Positions 38,704 through 53,700 of a DNA stretch of 64,000 nt are shown in pieces. The first letter of the stretch is position 1, and every line of letters starts with the position of its first letter. Below the pieces are notes generated by a model that did not search any database, had not been told where the DNA came from, and was given only the letters and a program-made list of their open reading frames with translations. The DNA comes from Ostrea edulis (Eukaryota), in the NCBI RefSeq assembly GCF_947568905.1, contig NC_079171.1, positions 52,824,001 through 52,888,000 of the forward strand. Direction: 5' to 3'. Position numbers and translations under genes: made by a program.

Positions 38704-41700
38704 CAAAAGCATCCTTGGGTGAAGGGCTTTCAAGTTAGTGCAAATGATGGGCCATATCCCTTTCAAAGGGGAGATAATCACAAAAATAGGGTGGGGTCAT
38801 TTAAAAATCTTCTTCTCAAGAACCACTAAGCCAGAAAAGCTGAGATTTACATGAAAGCTTCCTGACATAATGCAGATTCAAGTTTGTTCAAATCATGGGT
38901 GAGACCACAAGTGGGGGGGGGGGGGGGGGGGGGTTCAAAGTTTTACATACAAATATAGGGAAAATCTGTAAAAATCTTCTCAAGAACCATTAGGCCAAAG
39001 AAGTTGACATTTACATGAAAGCTTCCTGACGTAGTGTAGATTCAAGTTTGCAAAAATCGTGGCCTCCAGGGGTAGTTGGGGCCATAATAGGGACTAAGGT
39101 TTTACATGCAAATATATATGGAAAGTCTTCAGATATGGGCCAAAGTGACTCAGGTGAGCAATGTGGCCCATGGGCCTCTTGTTAAAGATATTTTTCACTT
39201 ATTGAAAATTACTAGAATGTTAAAACACCTTCATTTAGTAGAATTTGTGATAAATTTATTATGTCTTTCAAATTTTTTTGTTTTTGTTTTTCATCAAGAA
39301 ATATTTTACTTTATGATAATCATGTTGAAATCTGACCACATGAAACTTTGATTTCTTGCAGAATGCTGAAAACACCACACTGAGACAGAAGCTCAATGAG
39401 AGTTATAAAGAAGCGGAGAATTCTCAGATCTCGCGAGCCGACACCATTAATCGTCTCACTCGCAGTCTTGAAGATTCCCAGAAACAATGTCGCATGCTGC
39501 TGGAGTCAGGTAATTCTAATCTGTCAGGAGAATATTGTACAATGTGGAATGTTGCTGGAGTCAGTTAATTCTAATCTCTCAGGAGAATATTGTACAATGT
39601 GGAATGTTGCTGGGATCAGTTAATTCTAGTCTGTCAGGAGAATACTGTACAATGTGGAATGTTGCTAGAGTCAGGTAATTGTATTGTCTCCGGAGAAAAT
39701 AGCATGGTCTGCGTACGATTTTGTTGATATTTTGAACTGTTTAGATTTTGAGCAAGAGTGAATGAATATTTTATTTGAGTTGCTGTCATTTGAGCAGATA
39801 GAAGAATAAAAATGCAATGTATGCTATATTTGTGATTGTTCTGTTTTAAGCATCGTCGCATGAAGCGAGCCAGTTGAAGGTTCAACTAAAACAGTGCACT
39901 TCATCCAAGAAAATAGCTGACGATATGATTCTGTCTTACCAGGTAAATAGCTGACGATATGATTCTGTCTTACCAGGTACAGTAAATACCCTAAAAACAG
40001 AATTGTTAGCGAGAATTTAAATGTGGCATTATTAGGAAAAGGATGAGATTACTGAAACTGAATATCGCTAACAATTTATTGCACATCAGAGGTAGTAGTT
40101 TTCTTTCTAGGAATTGTAAAGTTGTTAAATTGGCTCTTGCAAAATATATATATATATCCATTTTTATGGGAAAATCCCTAAATTCGAGTGTTGCTAAAAA
40201 TTCCATTTGTGCGGTAAAATCCTAATTCAAATTATCTAGTGTTATTGTTGGTGATGTTTACTGTTTGTATTTATGCTTTGTGTTTTTAGGTTTAACGTTT
40301 TTAGACTTGCCTTTTTTTAGATTTAGTGTTTTTAGGTTTAGAGTGTGGTTATGCTGCTCCCTGGGACTACTCCCTCATAAATATTCATTTGTATTTTTAA
40401 CCAATCGAAATGCTTGGTAGGCAGAGCATTCTATGAATGATGAAATCTGTTATTAGCAGATGTCATAATACAATATAGGTCAGCTGTAATGATGGTGGAG
40501 GGAAGGTTTGAACAAGATCTACAGTCAATTATCAACAATAAATCAAGGCTGCGATTAAGACCACAAAAAATTTACTTGAAACTTATCTGAGTGAACAAAA
40601 TTCAGGAAATGTGAAGGATTTGACCATGTCTGTCAGATAAACAATCTCTTTCCATTACTTCGCATTTAATAAAGCCGTTATAGAATATGTAATTCGGGAG
40701 ATAGCGAATTTATGACCACGAATTTGCATTATTTCCCTCATAACCATTTTATGTATAATGTGTAATTTATGCTAAAGCAAACTGTTTTGTCTTTTAGATA
40801 TACATGTGAGTTTTAATTTTTTGCTATAGGATGAAATTAAAGAGTTAAAGGAGCAGCTGAACATGTTTGAGGCTGCGTCCTGTCTGGGCGTGCTCAGTCA
40901 GGAAACGACACGGGACACCATCCACGACGATTCCATGATGGACCTGGGAATCAAGAGGACTATCGACTTCGATGAGACGCTGGAACCTGTGAAGTATGTA
41001 AAGATCGAGGTTGTCTGAACCTGTAAATTATGTAAAGATCGAGATTGTCTGAACCTGTAAATTATGTAAAGATCGAGATTGTCTGAACCTGTAAATTATG
41101 TAAAGATCGAGATTGTCTGAACCTGTAAATTTTGTAAAGATCGAGATTGTCTGAACCGGTGAAGTATGTAAAGATCGAGATTGTCTGAACCTGTAAATTA
41201 TGTAAAGATCGAGATTGTCTGAACCTGTAAATTATGTAAAGATCGAGATTGTCTGAACCTGTAAATTATGTAAAGATCGAGATTGTCTGAACCTGTAAAT
41301 TTTGTAAAGATCGAGATTGTCTGAACCGGTGAAGTATGTAAAGATCGAGATTGTCTGAACCTGTAAATTATGTAAAGATCGAGATTGTCTGAACTGGTGA
41401 AGTACATAAAGATCGAGATTGTCTGAACTGGTGAAGTACGTAAAGATCGAGATTGTCTGAACCTGTAAATTATGTAAAGATCGAGATTGTCTGAACCTGT
41501 AAATTATGTAAAGATCGAGATTGTCTGAACCTGTAAATTTTGTAAAGATCGAGATTGTCTGAACCGGTGAAGTATGTAAAGATCGAGATTGTCTGAACCT
41601 GTAAATTATGTAAAGATCGAGATTGTCTGAACTGGTAAAGTACGTAAAGATCGAGATTGTCTGAACTGGTGAAGTACGTAAAGATCGAGATTGTCTGAAC

Positions 41701-44700
41701 CTGTAAATTATGTAAAGATCGAGATTGTCTGAACCTGTAAATTATGTAAAGATCGAGATTGTCTGAACCTGTAAATTTTGTAAAGATCGAGATTGTCTGA
41801 ACCGGTGAAGTATGTAAAGATCGAGATTGTCTGAACCTGTAAATTATGTAAAGATCGAGATTGTCTGAACTGGTAAAGTACGTAAAGATCGAGATTGTCT
41901 GAACTGGTGAAGTACGTAAAGATCAAGATTGTCTGAACCTGTAAATTATGTAAAGATCGAGATTGTCTGAACGGGTAAAGTACGTAAAGATCAAGATTGT
42001 CTGAACCTGTAAATTATGTAAAGATCGAGATTGTCAGAACGGGTGAAGTATGTAAAGATCGAGATTGTCTGAACCGGTGAAGTACATAAAGATTGAGATT
42101 GTCTGAACCCGTAAATTACGTAAGGATCGAGATTGTCTGAACCTTTAAATTATGTAAAGATCAAGATTGTCTGAACCTGTAAAGTACGTAAAGATCGAGA
42201 GTTTGAAAATGTTAAAAGTGTGTGGATGGGAAAGAAAGCTGTCTCAGTTTGAATATATTTTGGGTGTGATTAAGAACTGAGTCACATGAATATTTTGCAT
42301 TGATCTGGCTTAGAATTCTGGAAAAAAAATTCCATCTTAAGTTTGAGTTTTCTTCTACCTGAGCTGTCAAGTTTTGATTGAATTTTTTTTTTCTCGAGAG
42401 ATCCAGGCCAGGATAATAAATCATCAACAGAATTCCTGAACCGGAATAAAACGTATCTTAAAACGCTATAAAATAAATCATCAACAGAATTCCTGAACTG
42501 GAATAAAACGTATCTTAAAACGCTATAAAATAAATCATCAACAGAATTCCTGAACCCGAATAAAACGTATCTTAAAACGCTATAAAATAAATCATCAACA
42601 GCATTCCTGAACCCGAATGAAACGTATCTTTAAAAAACGCTATAAAATGCAGTGTAAACAGCAGATCCACGAAAGTTTAACTGCTAGCAATTTCTTTGTT
42701 TAAAAATTGCTTAAGAGGGGAAGGGGTATTATTTAAAAAAATTATTGTAATATCATTGAATTACACATAAATTTTCTTGAGCTACAACTTTTGATTTTTT
42801 ATTTTGTTGCGTGGAAACATTTCTAACTTGCAATTTTCAATCTGACAGTAGATATGTAACAACATACAACTACTTTAACAGATTTAGCTCGGGGCAGAAG
42901 GGAGCTGAGTCACATGACCTGGTGGCAAATCTAAAAATAGAACTGGAACGATGTCTCCTCAGCAACAAGGAAAAGAGAATCCAAGTGAACAAATTGCAAG
43001 AGGAACTTCGAACCTGCAAGAAAGATCTAGAAGAGTTCCGAATGCGTTGTGAAAGAGCTGAAAAGTCAGAATCTGATTTGAAGGTATATCATCACGAAAG
43101 AATTGTCTCTAAAACCCGGGTTTCTTCACTCACTGATGAAAAATTCTTCATTTTGGCAATACATTTGTAAAAATAAACAAAGTAAATGCATGTAGTTTCA
43201 AATCTCAAATTTGCTGCGAATTGCAAATTCCACTCAAACCATATGGTATCCCAATGAAAATGAAAACATTTGGTTTAATGCTTTAAGGCATGCATGCATC
43301 TTTCTAAAAGATAGACTTTTCATATTTACTGAATTTTGAAGGTCAAGCCTTAAGCCATATGACAACTCCAGGTCAAATTCTCCACCATTGCACTCAGCCA
43401 CGGACAAATACATTGTGTAGAATTTGCTGCATTAAGGCTTATCCACATCATATTAACACAAATTTGTTTAGTTGGTATAAAACACAGACATATCACTACT
43501 TCTTTTACCGTACTCTGTTCAACATGTACTTATGGACACTTTCAGTCCAAACTTCAGGAGTGGGAGGAGCTAGTGAGATCAGATGACAAGGTGTCAGCTG
43601 TTGAGGCCCGCCTACAGAAGGACATCAAAAACCTCAAACGGGAAAAAGAGATCCTCAGTGAGGATATAGAGGTAAGGGTTAGTATGGGAAAAGGGGGACC
43701 TCAATGAGGTTATTGAGAGGTATGGGGTGACAAGTGAGAAAAGTTGAGTCCTCTCGGACAAGGGAGAAACATGGGAAAATATGTAATCCTAGGTAATGCC
43801 TTAGATCTTTACATGTTCACCAAAACATTTCAGTGTGTGTAGGGATATGTCATTGTGTGAAGGGATATGTCAGTGTGTGTAGGGATATGTCAGTGTGTGT
43901 AGGGATATGCCTTTATTTTAACAGTGACATTTAACATGTGAAGCTAGGAAATATAGTATTTACAAGTACTCATACAGTGTATGCAGCATGTTCATTTATT
44001 TATAGCAAAGTCACTGGGTTTGAATTCTTCTAAAATTCGTTTAGGATTTGAAAAAGAGACTGGAAGAGGTGGCCTTTAGTGAAGAGAAACTATCTGAGAT
44101 TAACCAGCAGCTGACTCAGCAGATGTCTCAGATGGTGCGGGAATACGACCAGGACAAGCGAGAGGCGCTCGATCGCTGTCAGCGAGCCTGCAAGTCCGTT
44201 CACGAGACGGCTAAAGAGCAGCTGACGCTTCACTTGACCGAGGAGTACACAGCTGACAAAGCCAGTCTCATCACCAAGTACGAGCGCGAGTGCACTCAGT
44301 TAAGGTGTGTGTGTGTTTAAGCTTTCTGTCTGGAAATACAGTGTAGTTTATTCATTGTGTATCTGAATCTTGTGCTTTTGGTTGTAAGACCTTACTGTGA
44401 ACACTAATCATTACCCTTCTAGATTATTTCTGTAACATTGCTATTAGTGTGTGCTTCTAGTTGCAGATACAGGAAATTTTCTTTTAAAAATCAATATAAT
44501 CCCCCTCCACCCCACCTCCAATCACATCCTCCAGCCTATATAAACTAGATATAAATTTTTGGTATCACATTTACCTGTCTAAGAGATGTTGGTTGTGCTG
44601 TGCTCATCTCAACCAAGATTTGATGAAAAAGGGTCTTCACGAGGGACTTAAAAGATAATGAATCAGAGGCAATAATTTTATGAATTCCAAAATCCCAGTT

Positions 44701-47700
44701 TGTAACATTTTCTAGAAGTTTTTAATGTTTAGATGTTTTGTGAAGTTGCCATTATTTGTGGTCCCCTGCCACAGTGTGGAAGGGGACATAGAAATATTAT
44801 TGTCTGCCACACTTGACGTTGTGGACACAACTCCTCGGAAACCATTCAATGGATTTTGTAGCATAGTTAGTCACCATATGTAGTTGATCATATTGTGCAC
44901 TCGTTTTTATTTGACAAATAATACAGGAGATGTGGGACTTTGTTGAATTTGTACATAGTACACTATAGAACGTTTTGTGGATGCAACTCCTCGACACTGT
45001 GTGGATTTTGGTCAAATTTAGCATGTTTTTAGTCACAATATGTAGTTGATCATATTAATACACAACGATTTTGATTTGACAAATTTTCAGAAGTTATGGG
45101 ACATTTGCACTTCAACTTTTGTTGCGGCGGCGGGGGACAAATGGCTACGTGTAGCGATCTTGTACAGGCAGCCTGTAAATGACCTTTTTATGTTTTTTTT
45201 TTATAGAAATGAACTGAATTCAGCCATGCGTGAAGTTGACCAAGTCAAAGAGCTGTATGTGAAGGTGTGTTCAGACAAAGATGTTCTAGAGGAGAAGCTG
45301 AGAGAAGAGAACGAGGCTGTCGTTTCTCAGAAGTTACAAGAGGTAAGAATGATTGTGTTCATACAGTTACAGGTTAAGGACATGTTAGGTGACATATGTT
45401 GGTCGGTTGGTTGATTGTATGTTGTTTAATGCCCCGCTTGAGAATTTTTCACTCATATAGAGACATCACCATTGCCGGTGAAGGGCTGCAAAATTTAGGC
45501 CTATGCTCAGTGCTTACAGCCTTCGAGCAGGGATCTTTATCGTGCCACACCTGCTGTGACATGGGACCTCGGTTTTTGCAGTCTCATCCAAAGGAATACC
45601 CCATTTAGTCGCTCTTACGACAAGCAAGGGGTACTGAGGACCTTTTCTAACCCAGATCCCCACAGACCTGGGTTATGTATACGAGTTTCAATGAAAAAGA
45701 AAGGGTCATATTCTAGGCCTATTGTTTTAGTTCTGTTCAATACTTTTGTTTTAACTAGCTGAGTTTTTTTCTTAAATGTGTAATGGAAACTGGAAAAGTT
45801 TGATATTTTTTAACCATGATGATATAAGATTAAGATTTTGAAATCTGACCACTCATCCAACTCTGACTGTCTCTTTCACTATAAACCACTGAAAATTTTG
45901 TTTTAAGATTTATTTACAACATATATATAGAGAGAGAGGGATATAGAGAAATGATATTGCTAGCTTACTTATGTTTTCAAATGCTGTTTTGATTAGTTAA
46001 ATATTACAGTGAATTGGTCAGTAAATGTTATACTGAACAGTCAGTAAATGTTATATTGAATGGTCTGTAAATGTTATATTGAATGGTCTGTAAATGTTAT
46101 TGAATGGTCAGTAAATGTTATATTGAATGGTCTGTAAATGTTATTGAATGGTGTGTAAATGTTATTGAATGGTCTGTAAATATTATATTGAATGGTCTGT
46201 AAATGTTATAGTTGAAGGAAGAGCTCAAGACAGAAAAAGAGTTGGCTATGGAGAAAGTGAAAGTAGAAATGACAGCTGACGAGGAGAAAATACGATCAGA
46301 AGTTACAGAGTCTTTGCAAAAGAAAATGGGGGAAGACAATCAGAAATTACTGGAAACTAAGGTAAAGTAAAGTCAGGTGTTTCATTGGAGGGACTGAGAC
46401 ATGGTTACTAAGGTAAAGTAAAATCAGGCGTTTCATTGGAGGAACTGAGACAGGAAACTAAGGTAAAGTAAAATCAGGTGTTTCATTGGAGGGACTGAGA
46501 CATGGTTTTTTGGAGAAAAAAAGAATTAATTATTTTAATGTTGAACATGGGAAATGAGATGTTTTACGGTGTGACTGTTTAACACCCTTAATAATTTGCA
46601 TCATGACTTTAAGACATTTAATCCGCCTATTCCTTTAATGTGGGAAATCAGGGATTTTTTTAGGGTCTGTAGAGGGCCGAAATTCAGCCCCATTCCCAAT
46701 CCTAAAGAGCAGGTGTTTTTCCCAAAATGATGGATGCTTTGATGAGAATATGCCATGAGGCGCCATCCAACCTTAGTGCCACTCTGTTGCAAAACATTTT
46801 TGACAGTTTTTTCTCTGCCAAAGACCACAAATTAAAGCTTATTTAATCCACATTGATGTTGAAATATCAAATGGTTAACTCTTTTGCTTGTTTTTCTTAT
46901 TTATTTGTATGAAACTAATTTCCCAATTTCAATCAAATATTGTTATTTCTCCCAAACTTGAAGGCCCTGGCCCCTGGATTCAAGGGGTAAAAAAAAATCC
47001 CTGGAAATACAATGCAGTTGATGTAAACAGTAGATTTTGACATCGTATTAACTGCAATGTTTTTATATTTTTATTTTTTTTTACTGTCAAAGCAAACAAT
47101 GAACAAAATGTATGAAGGTACAAGAGAGCTTGTGTGGAATTCAATGTTTCTGGTACTTCCCAAACAATTTGTGTTTGGGGGTAAATCATGTCTCAGTCCA
47201 TTTAAGGTAGACCGTCCCTCTCATTAAGGGAGGTAACTCTAGAATTGCTATGAATTACATGTAGTAATATGCACACAGCCCAGGTCACATAATCCTTTAA
47301 CATTTTCTCACTACAGATCAGTTCCTGGGCACACTCTCCATCATTTGCCGTTTAAAATGTTCAGTGCTACATGTATTTACTAGGACAGTAAATGTATATT
47401 TATTTACGCCCCTTCCGATGGGAGATGATGATGAAATGGTGAAAATAAGATTGGGGTATTTGGAAGTCGAATAAAAAGTATTTTAGAGAGCTACTGAACT
47501 AGAGAAGCCCAACTTTTAATGAAGTCTTCCTTTTGCAATGAAAATTCAAGTTTGTTCAACTGAAAACTTCCTTATGTAATGAAATTCAAATTTGTTTAAC
47601 TGAAAACTTCCTTGTGTAACGAAATTCAAATTTGTTTAACTGAAAACTTCCTTATGTAACAGAAATTCGTTCAAGTTTGTTGAATTTAAAAGTTCCCCAT

Positions 47701-50700
47701 GGAACAAAAATTCAAGTTCAATTGAAAACTTCCTTATATAATGAATATTCAAGTTTGTTCAACTAAAAAATTCCTTATGTAACGAAAATTCAAGTTTGTT
47801 AACTGACAACTTCCTTATGTAACAGAGGTCGCACTTGTTTCATCGCCCGGGTCAAGCCGGTTGATACTTCCGGAAGCGGGCAAGTAACTTGTTTCAAGTA
47901 TAAAAATTTTAAGCCGCCGGTCGACCGAAAAGTAGCCCGGATCGGCCGAAAAATTTAGAGTGGGCACATGGAAAACAGTATGGCGGAAAATATAGATAAA
48001 CATTTTCTTGCTCGTTATTTATCCATTTTTCATTCATTAAAAGAGTTTAAATTTCAATTAGCATAAAGTAGTGAGGTAAGGGTTAAGTTTTTTGACATTC
48101 GATGATACGATCAACACCGCTTCTCTGTGGAAGTTACAGCCCAGTCTGCAGTGTTTATGAACAAAATGTTTGAATATAAAACTGATTATCAATGATGATT
48201 TTTAAACTTCCATGGGTTACATTTTATGAAATCTGTTATGCAGATGTTCTTTGAAAAATACATAATTTTTGTTTTTACATTTTGATATATATTCGGCCTA
48301 TTTCCCACTTGTTTCGCAAGACAAACCGGGTCAAAAAGTCACGTGATAAAAGTGAACCGGGTCGTCACCCGAATTTCTGAAACAAGTGCGCCCAGAAATT
48401 CAAGTTTGTTCAAATCTTGGTATCCATTAGGGTTCAATATTTTACATGAGAATATACATGAACAAATCTTTGATATCTTCTTCAGAACAACAAAGCTCCC
48501 ATTTGTAAAAAAAAAAAAAAACCATTATGTACTATGACTCCTTACATCGCATCCGTTTGGGGGGGGGGGGGGGGGGGGGGGAGGGGGGGTCTTTCACTGT
48601 TTTAGTTGATTGAATGTTTGGTATTCACATCGAGGCTGATTCTTTGTACCCGTTGTTGTCATGGTTTGTTGGTAAACAATTTAGGTCACCAGTATTACGC
48701 CCCTTTGATCAGAGATTCAGGAGTATATAGTCCGTTTTCTGTTTGGCCACAAAAACATATCTTTTGAATGGTTACTGATAGGGCATTCACATTTTATGTT
48801 GTGTATTCTTTGTGACAAGATTTTTCTCTGGGTACCAGAATTAATTGCTGTCACACTGGGGGCTTCAGTGTTTTACAATCCCATCCTGTTGTTCGTAACG
48901 CTGTATCTAAATCTAGTGCTGGATTTGAAAAAGCAGAATTTTTAGCGTTGATTTAATTTTCAAATTGGTATTATTAGCGAGAGTAATGAGATTACTAGAA
49001 TTGAATATCGCTAATATATATCGGAGAGTACAGAATTGAATATCGCTAACAATTCAATCCATATCGGAGAGTACAGAATTGAATATCGCTAACAATTCAA
49101 TCCATATCGGAGGGTACAGAATTGAATATCGCTAACAATTCAATCCATATCGGAGGTAAAGGTTATCTGTCAGGAATTATAAAGTTGTTAAAATTAGCTC
49201 TCGATGAAACTGACAGAATTCAAGGCCTTGTACATAAACATTTATGTAGAAGCTTTAGAGAGACTTTTACTGATGGTTTTAACTGGTTGGACAACACAGA
49301 CAAAATGCTATGTTTACTGTTTATGAAGAAAGCTTTTCATTTTAAGGAGGCATGCTACACCAGAGGAATTTGATATGAATACAATACATGTAGTTTGGAA
49401 TTGAAAACTTTCAAATTTACTTTATTTAGTCAAAAAATGCAGTTTTAGTAGAAAGCAATCTGGAAAAAAAAAAATCAAACCCCTGCTGGACTCGAACACG
49501 CGATCTACAGTTTAGCAGTCTACATGCTAACCTACTGAGCTACTCAGCAAGATGATGAATTTAGAAATAAATAGACAAATATTGCTAATATGTATATTTT
49601 TATGCATGTTTTAAAAGGAAGTCAGCCATTATGACCATGTAGAGTACCTCTTTAATTGTCAGATATTTTGACCAACAGAATCTATTCCTAAAACATTTTT
49701 ATTAAACATTGATATGATGACAATTTATTAATGGCAAATCCTACAAAACTGACATCTCCATATGTGATGGAGTGAAAAATTCTCAAGCGGGACGTTAAAC
49801 AATTATACAACCAACCAAAAGTGCCTTTTTTTTCAAGCACTTGTTAAAGTCAGTGCAAGGATTTCAACCACAGACCCCGAGTTATAATCCATGAGACCTC
49901 TGACTTATATATATTAAGCATCTTGCTCTAGAAATAAGTTTGATGACTATATAAGCATCTCGCTCTAGAAATAAGTTTAATGTAAATGGTTTGTAATATA
50001 AGATGACAGAGATAGAAAGGTTGAGGTAACAGAGTATAGTAAACTATTCATGGCCGTTCTATTGCTGTGGGTATAGGCATTTAAAAGATCAACTTCGACC
50101 TTGTGGCATTGTCATTTAGTCAAATCAATTTAAATTCCTGATGCTCAATACACAATCGACATGCATGGGTAACTTTGTTGTGTAAAGGGAACAATACGCG
50201 TTTTATTGGGTGACTGACAATTCCTTACCTGAATACACACACAACATATGCTGATATCGCTAAAGTGGAAGATGAATCGTAGTGGAATCGACTTGTCTGA
50301 TCACGCGCGCGCGAAGACGGGTTCACAGTTACCAAAACAGTGAAGCCACACACACAGAGAGGGTCTACAGCTATACATAGATAGGCATGAGATTGTAGTC
50401 AACAAATGGTGATCAATTCATTCTGGTCAACCTCACAATAATGCCCCTTTTATATCTATATCTACAATGAACTGGACTTTATAGGGGCTATCATGTCTAA
50501 ATCTACAGTGGGTTCCACTCAATCTAGTAGTGACGAACCGGGCTTATTCTTATAAATGTTCAGTATGATGAAATCTCAAAACTTTGTCTTTTATTTCTGT
50601 AAAAATAATCTTATTCCCTGACAGAGATATTGTGATTCAGAAAGGTTACATGATTAACATAGGATAAGGGACTTGGTATTATATGAAGTTTGATGACAGA

Positions 50701-53700
50701 TTCTAAATGTACAAGGAGCTGTGTTAATGTGATGTTTGTGTGATTATTGAGTTTGATTATTTTGAAATGCTTCAGAAAGATAGAGATCATACTGCCTTTA
50801 GTGCTGATCTATAATGCTGAGGCAGTAAACACGTTAATAGGAGACCCTACATACAAAAATCTATCTTCAGACCCGGACAGTAAACACATTAATAGGAAAC
50901 CCTGCAAACATAGAGCGAACTTCAGGCCCGGGCAGTAAACAAATTAATAGGAGACCCTACACACAAAAATCTAACTTCAGGCCGGGGCAGTAAACACATT
51001 AATAGGAGACCCAGACCCGGGCAGTACTCACGTTAATAGGAAACCCTGCATACAAAATTCTAACTTCAGGCCCGGGCAGTACACACATTAATAGGAGACC
51101 CTGCATACAAAAATCTAACTTCAGGTCCGGGCAGTCTTATCAATATGGGTAACTTTAAGTAATATTTCTGCATAACTAACACCACGGGAAATTCTTATTT
51201 ACACTACGACAAGGCTTTATAATTATATACACATTTAGTGATACTGCATGACAGCAATTTCTTTTTTAAAGTTTCTTTTTAATATTCAATGACATTGATC
51301 TAAACTGAACATGAGGCAGTGGAAGATACTCTCTTCATCAGGTCTACTCTGAGAAATGTCATAGTAAATGGCTTACAATTAAGGGCTCCCTTTGCTAGTA
51401 TTAATGCAAATTAGAAAAAAAAATGTTATGTAGTAAGGCCTAAGGGACATACCCCTTGCTTAATCTTTCCTTTGGTATTTCAGTACTTGTTGGGGGGGGG
51501 GGGGTGTCATGTGGCAGGTACTATGGAGTTCTATTGACTTACTGAAATTTAAAATGATGTCTGTGAGAACACTGGTGAGTTATGAGAAATAGCTTTTCTG
51601 TGAGTGCAGTAATAACCTGTGATAAATGCCAAAGTCGAATCACGTGCAAATTTAGAAAATCTAGATGGTGTAGATGATCGAGTACTCTGTAGGCGTGCTT
51701 CAAATATCTCAAATGACATTTTCTGCATGTGTTACTTCTGCATTGTTCTGAGCATTTTTAAATCTGTCTGGACACAGAGGAGATTTAATTAATGCATTGT
51801 GTGGCAGTATTCAATCCTAGTCAATTCTTCCTGCAGATTAACAGTGGAGGATTAAATTATTAACTTTATGGGAGAGAATTTTACAACCCCCATGGAATTC
51901 ACTTCCAGGAGTAGCAATGTGTTGAAGTTTACATGACTTTGCATTTAGTGACCGCGTTAGGGATGTGGTATTTCTATCTTGGACTGAGAGAGAGAGAGAG
52001 CATCTAGTTTCCACTGAGGACTTTGTAACAGACAAGGTCATTGTGAAGGATTGAATTCGCCTTGAGAGTTAGCCGAATTAGAAATTAAGTGCATTGATTG
52101 GAGGCAAAATTAATGCATAGTTATTCATGCTGGTTCTCGTATAATCAGGATATTTAATCCAGTGCATTAAGCATGAATGGAATTTTTATACTGATATGTG
52201 AATGGCAATCTTGACAGCTTTGAAATGTGTGGTTGAACTTTGACCTATGCTAAGTGAACTTTGAACTTGGGCACTTTCTCTGTGACAATGGATGAACTGC
52301 AGGACAGGTACATGTACAGTTGTGCTTGATGTCCGTATGTTGATTGCATTGATGTCAGTATGTTGATTGCAAGAGGGTATAGGTCTACAATTGTAACGAT
52401 CTTAATGGTGCATGGAAATTAGGGCTATGAGAATATATATATGCATGAATCCAATTTTTACAACATACAACATTGCCTCCTCTGCCACCCCTTCTTCCCA
52501 TCTCCATCTCTCGTCTGTCTGTAGGTGTCTTACTCTATCAACCCATTTCCTGTCTGTGTGTATCTGTCTTTCCATCTGTGTCTGTCTGTCTGTCTGTCTG
52601 TAGGTGTCTCACTCTATCAATCCATTTCCTGTCTGTGTGTATCTGTCTTTCCATCTGTGTCTGTCTGTCTGTAGGTGTCTCACTCTATCAACCCATTTCC
52701 TGTCTGTGTGTATCTGTCAGTCCATCTGTGTCTGTCTGTCTGTAGGTGTCCTACTCTGTGATTCCCTGCCACCTCCTCTCCATCTTTGTCCTGTCTATCT
52801 TACTACGTTGATCCTCTCTCCTGTCTGGTTAACTCTACAACCCCACCTCTCTGTGTCCTGTCTATCTCACTATGTTGATCCTCTCTCCTGTCTGGTTAAC
52901 TCTACAACCCCACCTCTCTGTGTCCTGTCTATCTCACTATGTTGATCCTCTCTCCTGTCTGGTTAACTCTACAACCCCACCTCTCCATGTCCTTCCTATC
53001 TTACTGTGTTGACCCTCTCTCCTGTCTGGTTAACTCTACAACCCCACCTCTCCATGTCCTTCCTATCTTACTGTGTTGACCCTCTCTCCTGTCTGGTTAA
53101 CTCTACAACCCCACCTCTCTGTGTCCTGCCTATCTCACTATGTTGACCCTCTCTCCTGTCTGGTTAACTCTACAACCCCACCTCTCTGTGCCCTGCCTAT
53201 CTTACTATGTTGACCCTCTCTCCTGTCTGGCTAACTCTACAACCCCACCTCTCTGTGTCCTGTCTATCTTACTACGTTGATCCTCTCTCCTGTCTGGTTC
53301 TCTGTGCCCTGCCTATCTTACTATGTTGACCCTCTCTCCTGTCTGGTTAACTCTACAACCCCACCTCTCCATGTCCTGTCTATTTGTGTGAATATTGTGC
53401 TGTGCCTCCCAATTTTCTGTCTGTCTTTGCATGTTACAACCCATCGATGTTTTGTGTATGTTTGTACATTACCCCCCTCCCTCCTCTCAAGTCTGTCTCT
53501 TTGGTTGAGTGTGTATAATTTATATTTTCTTCTCTAATATATTATAGATAATGATGTTGATTTATCTTATTTCAGGTCGCCATGTGCAAAATGGAATGGT
53601 TTGAGGAACAACGAGCCACTAAACAGGCTGCCGTGGATAATGCCATTAAACTGAACACCGCGGAGTGGAAGGCCAAGTTAGAGACCGAGGTGGAAACTCA

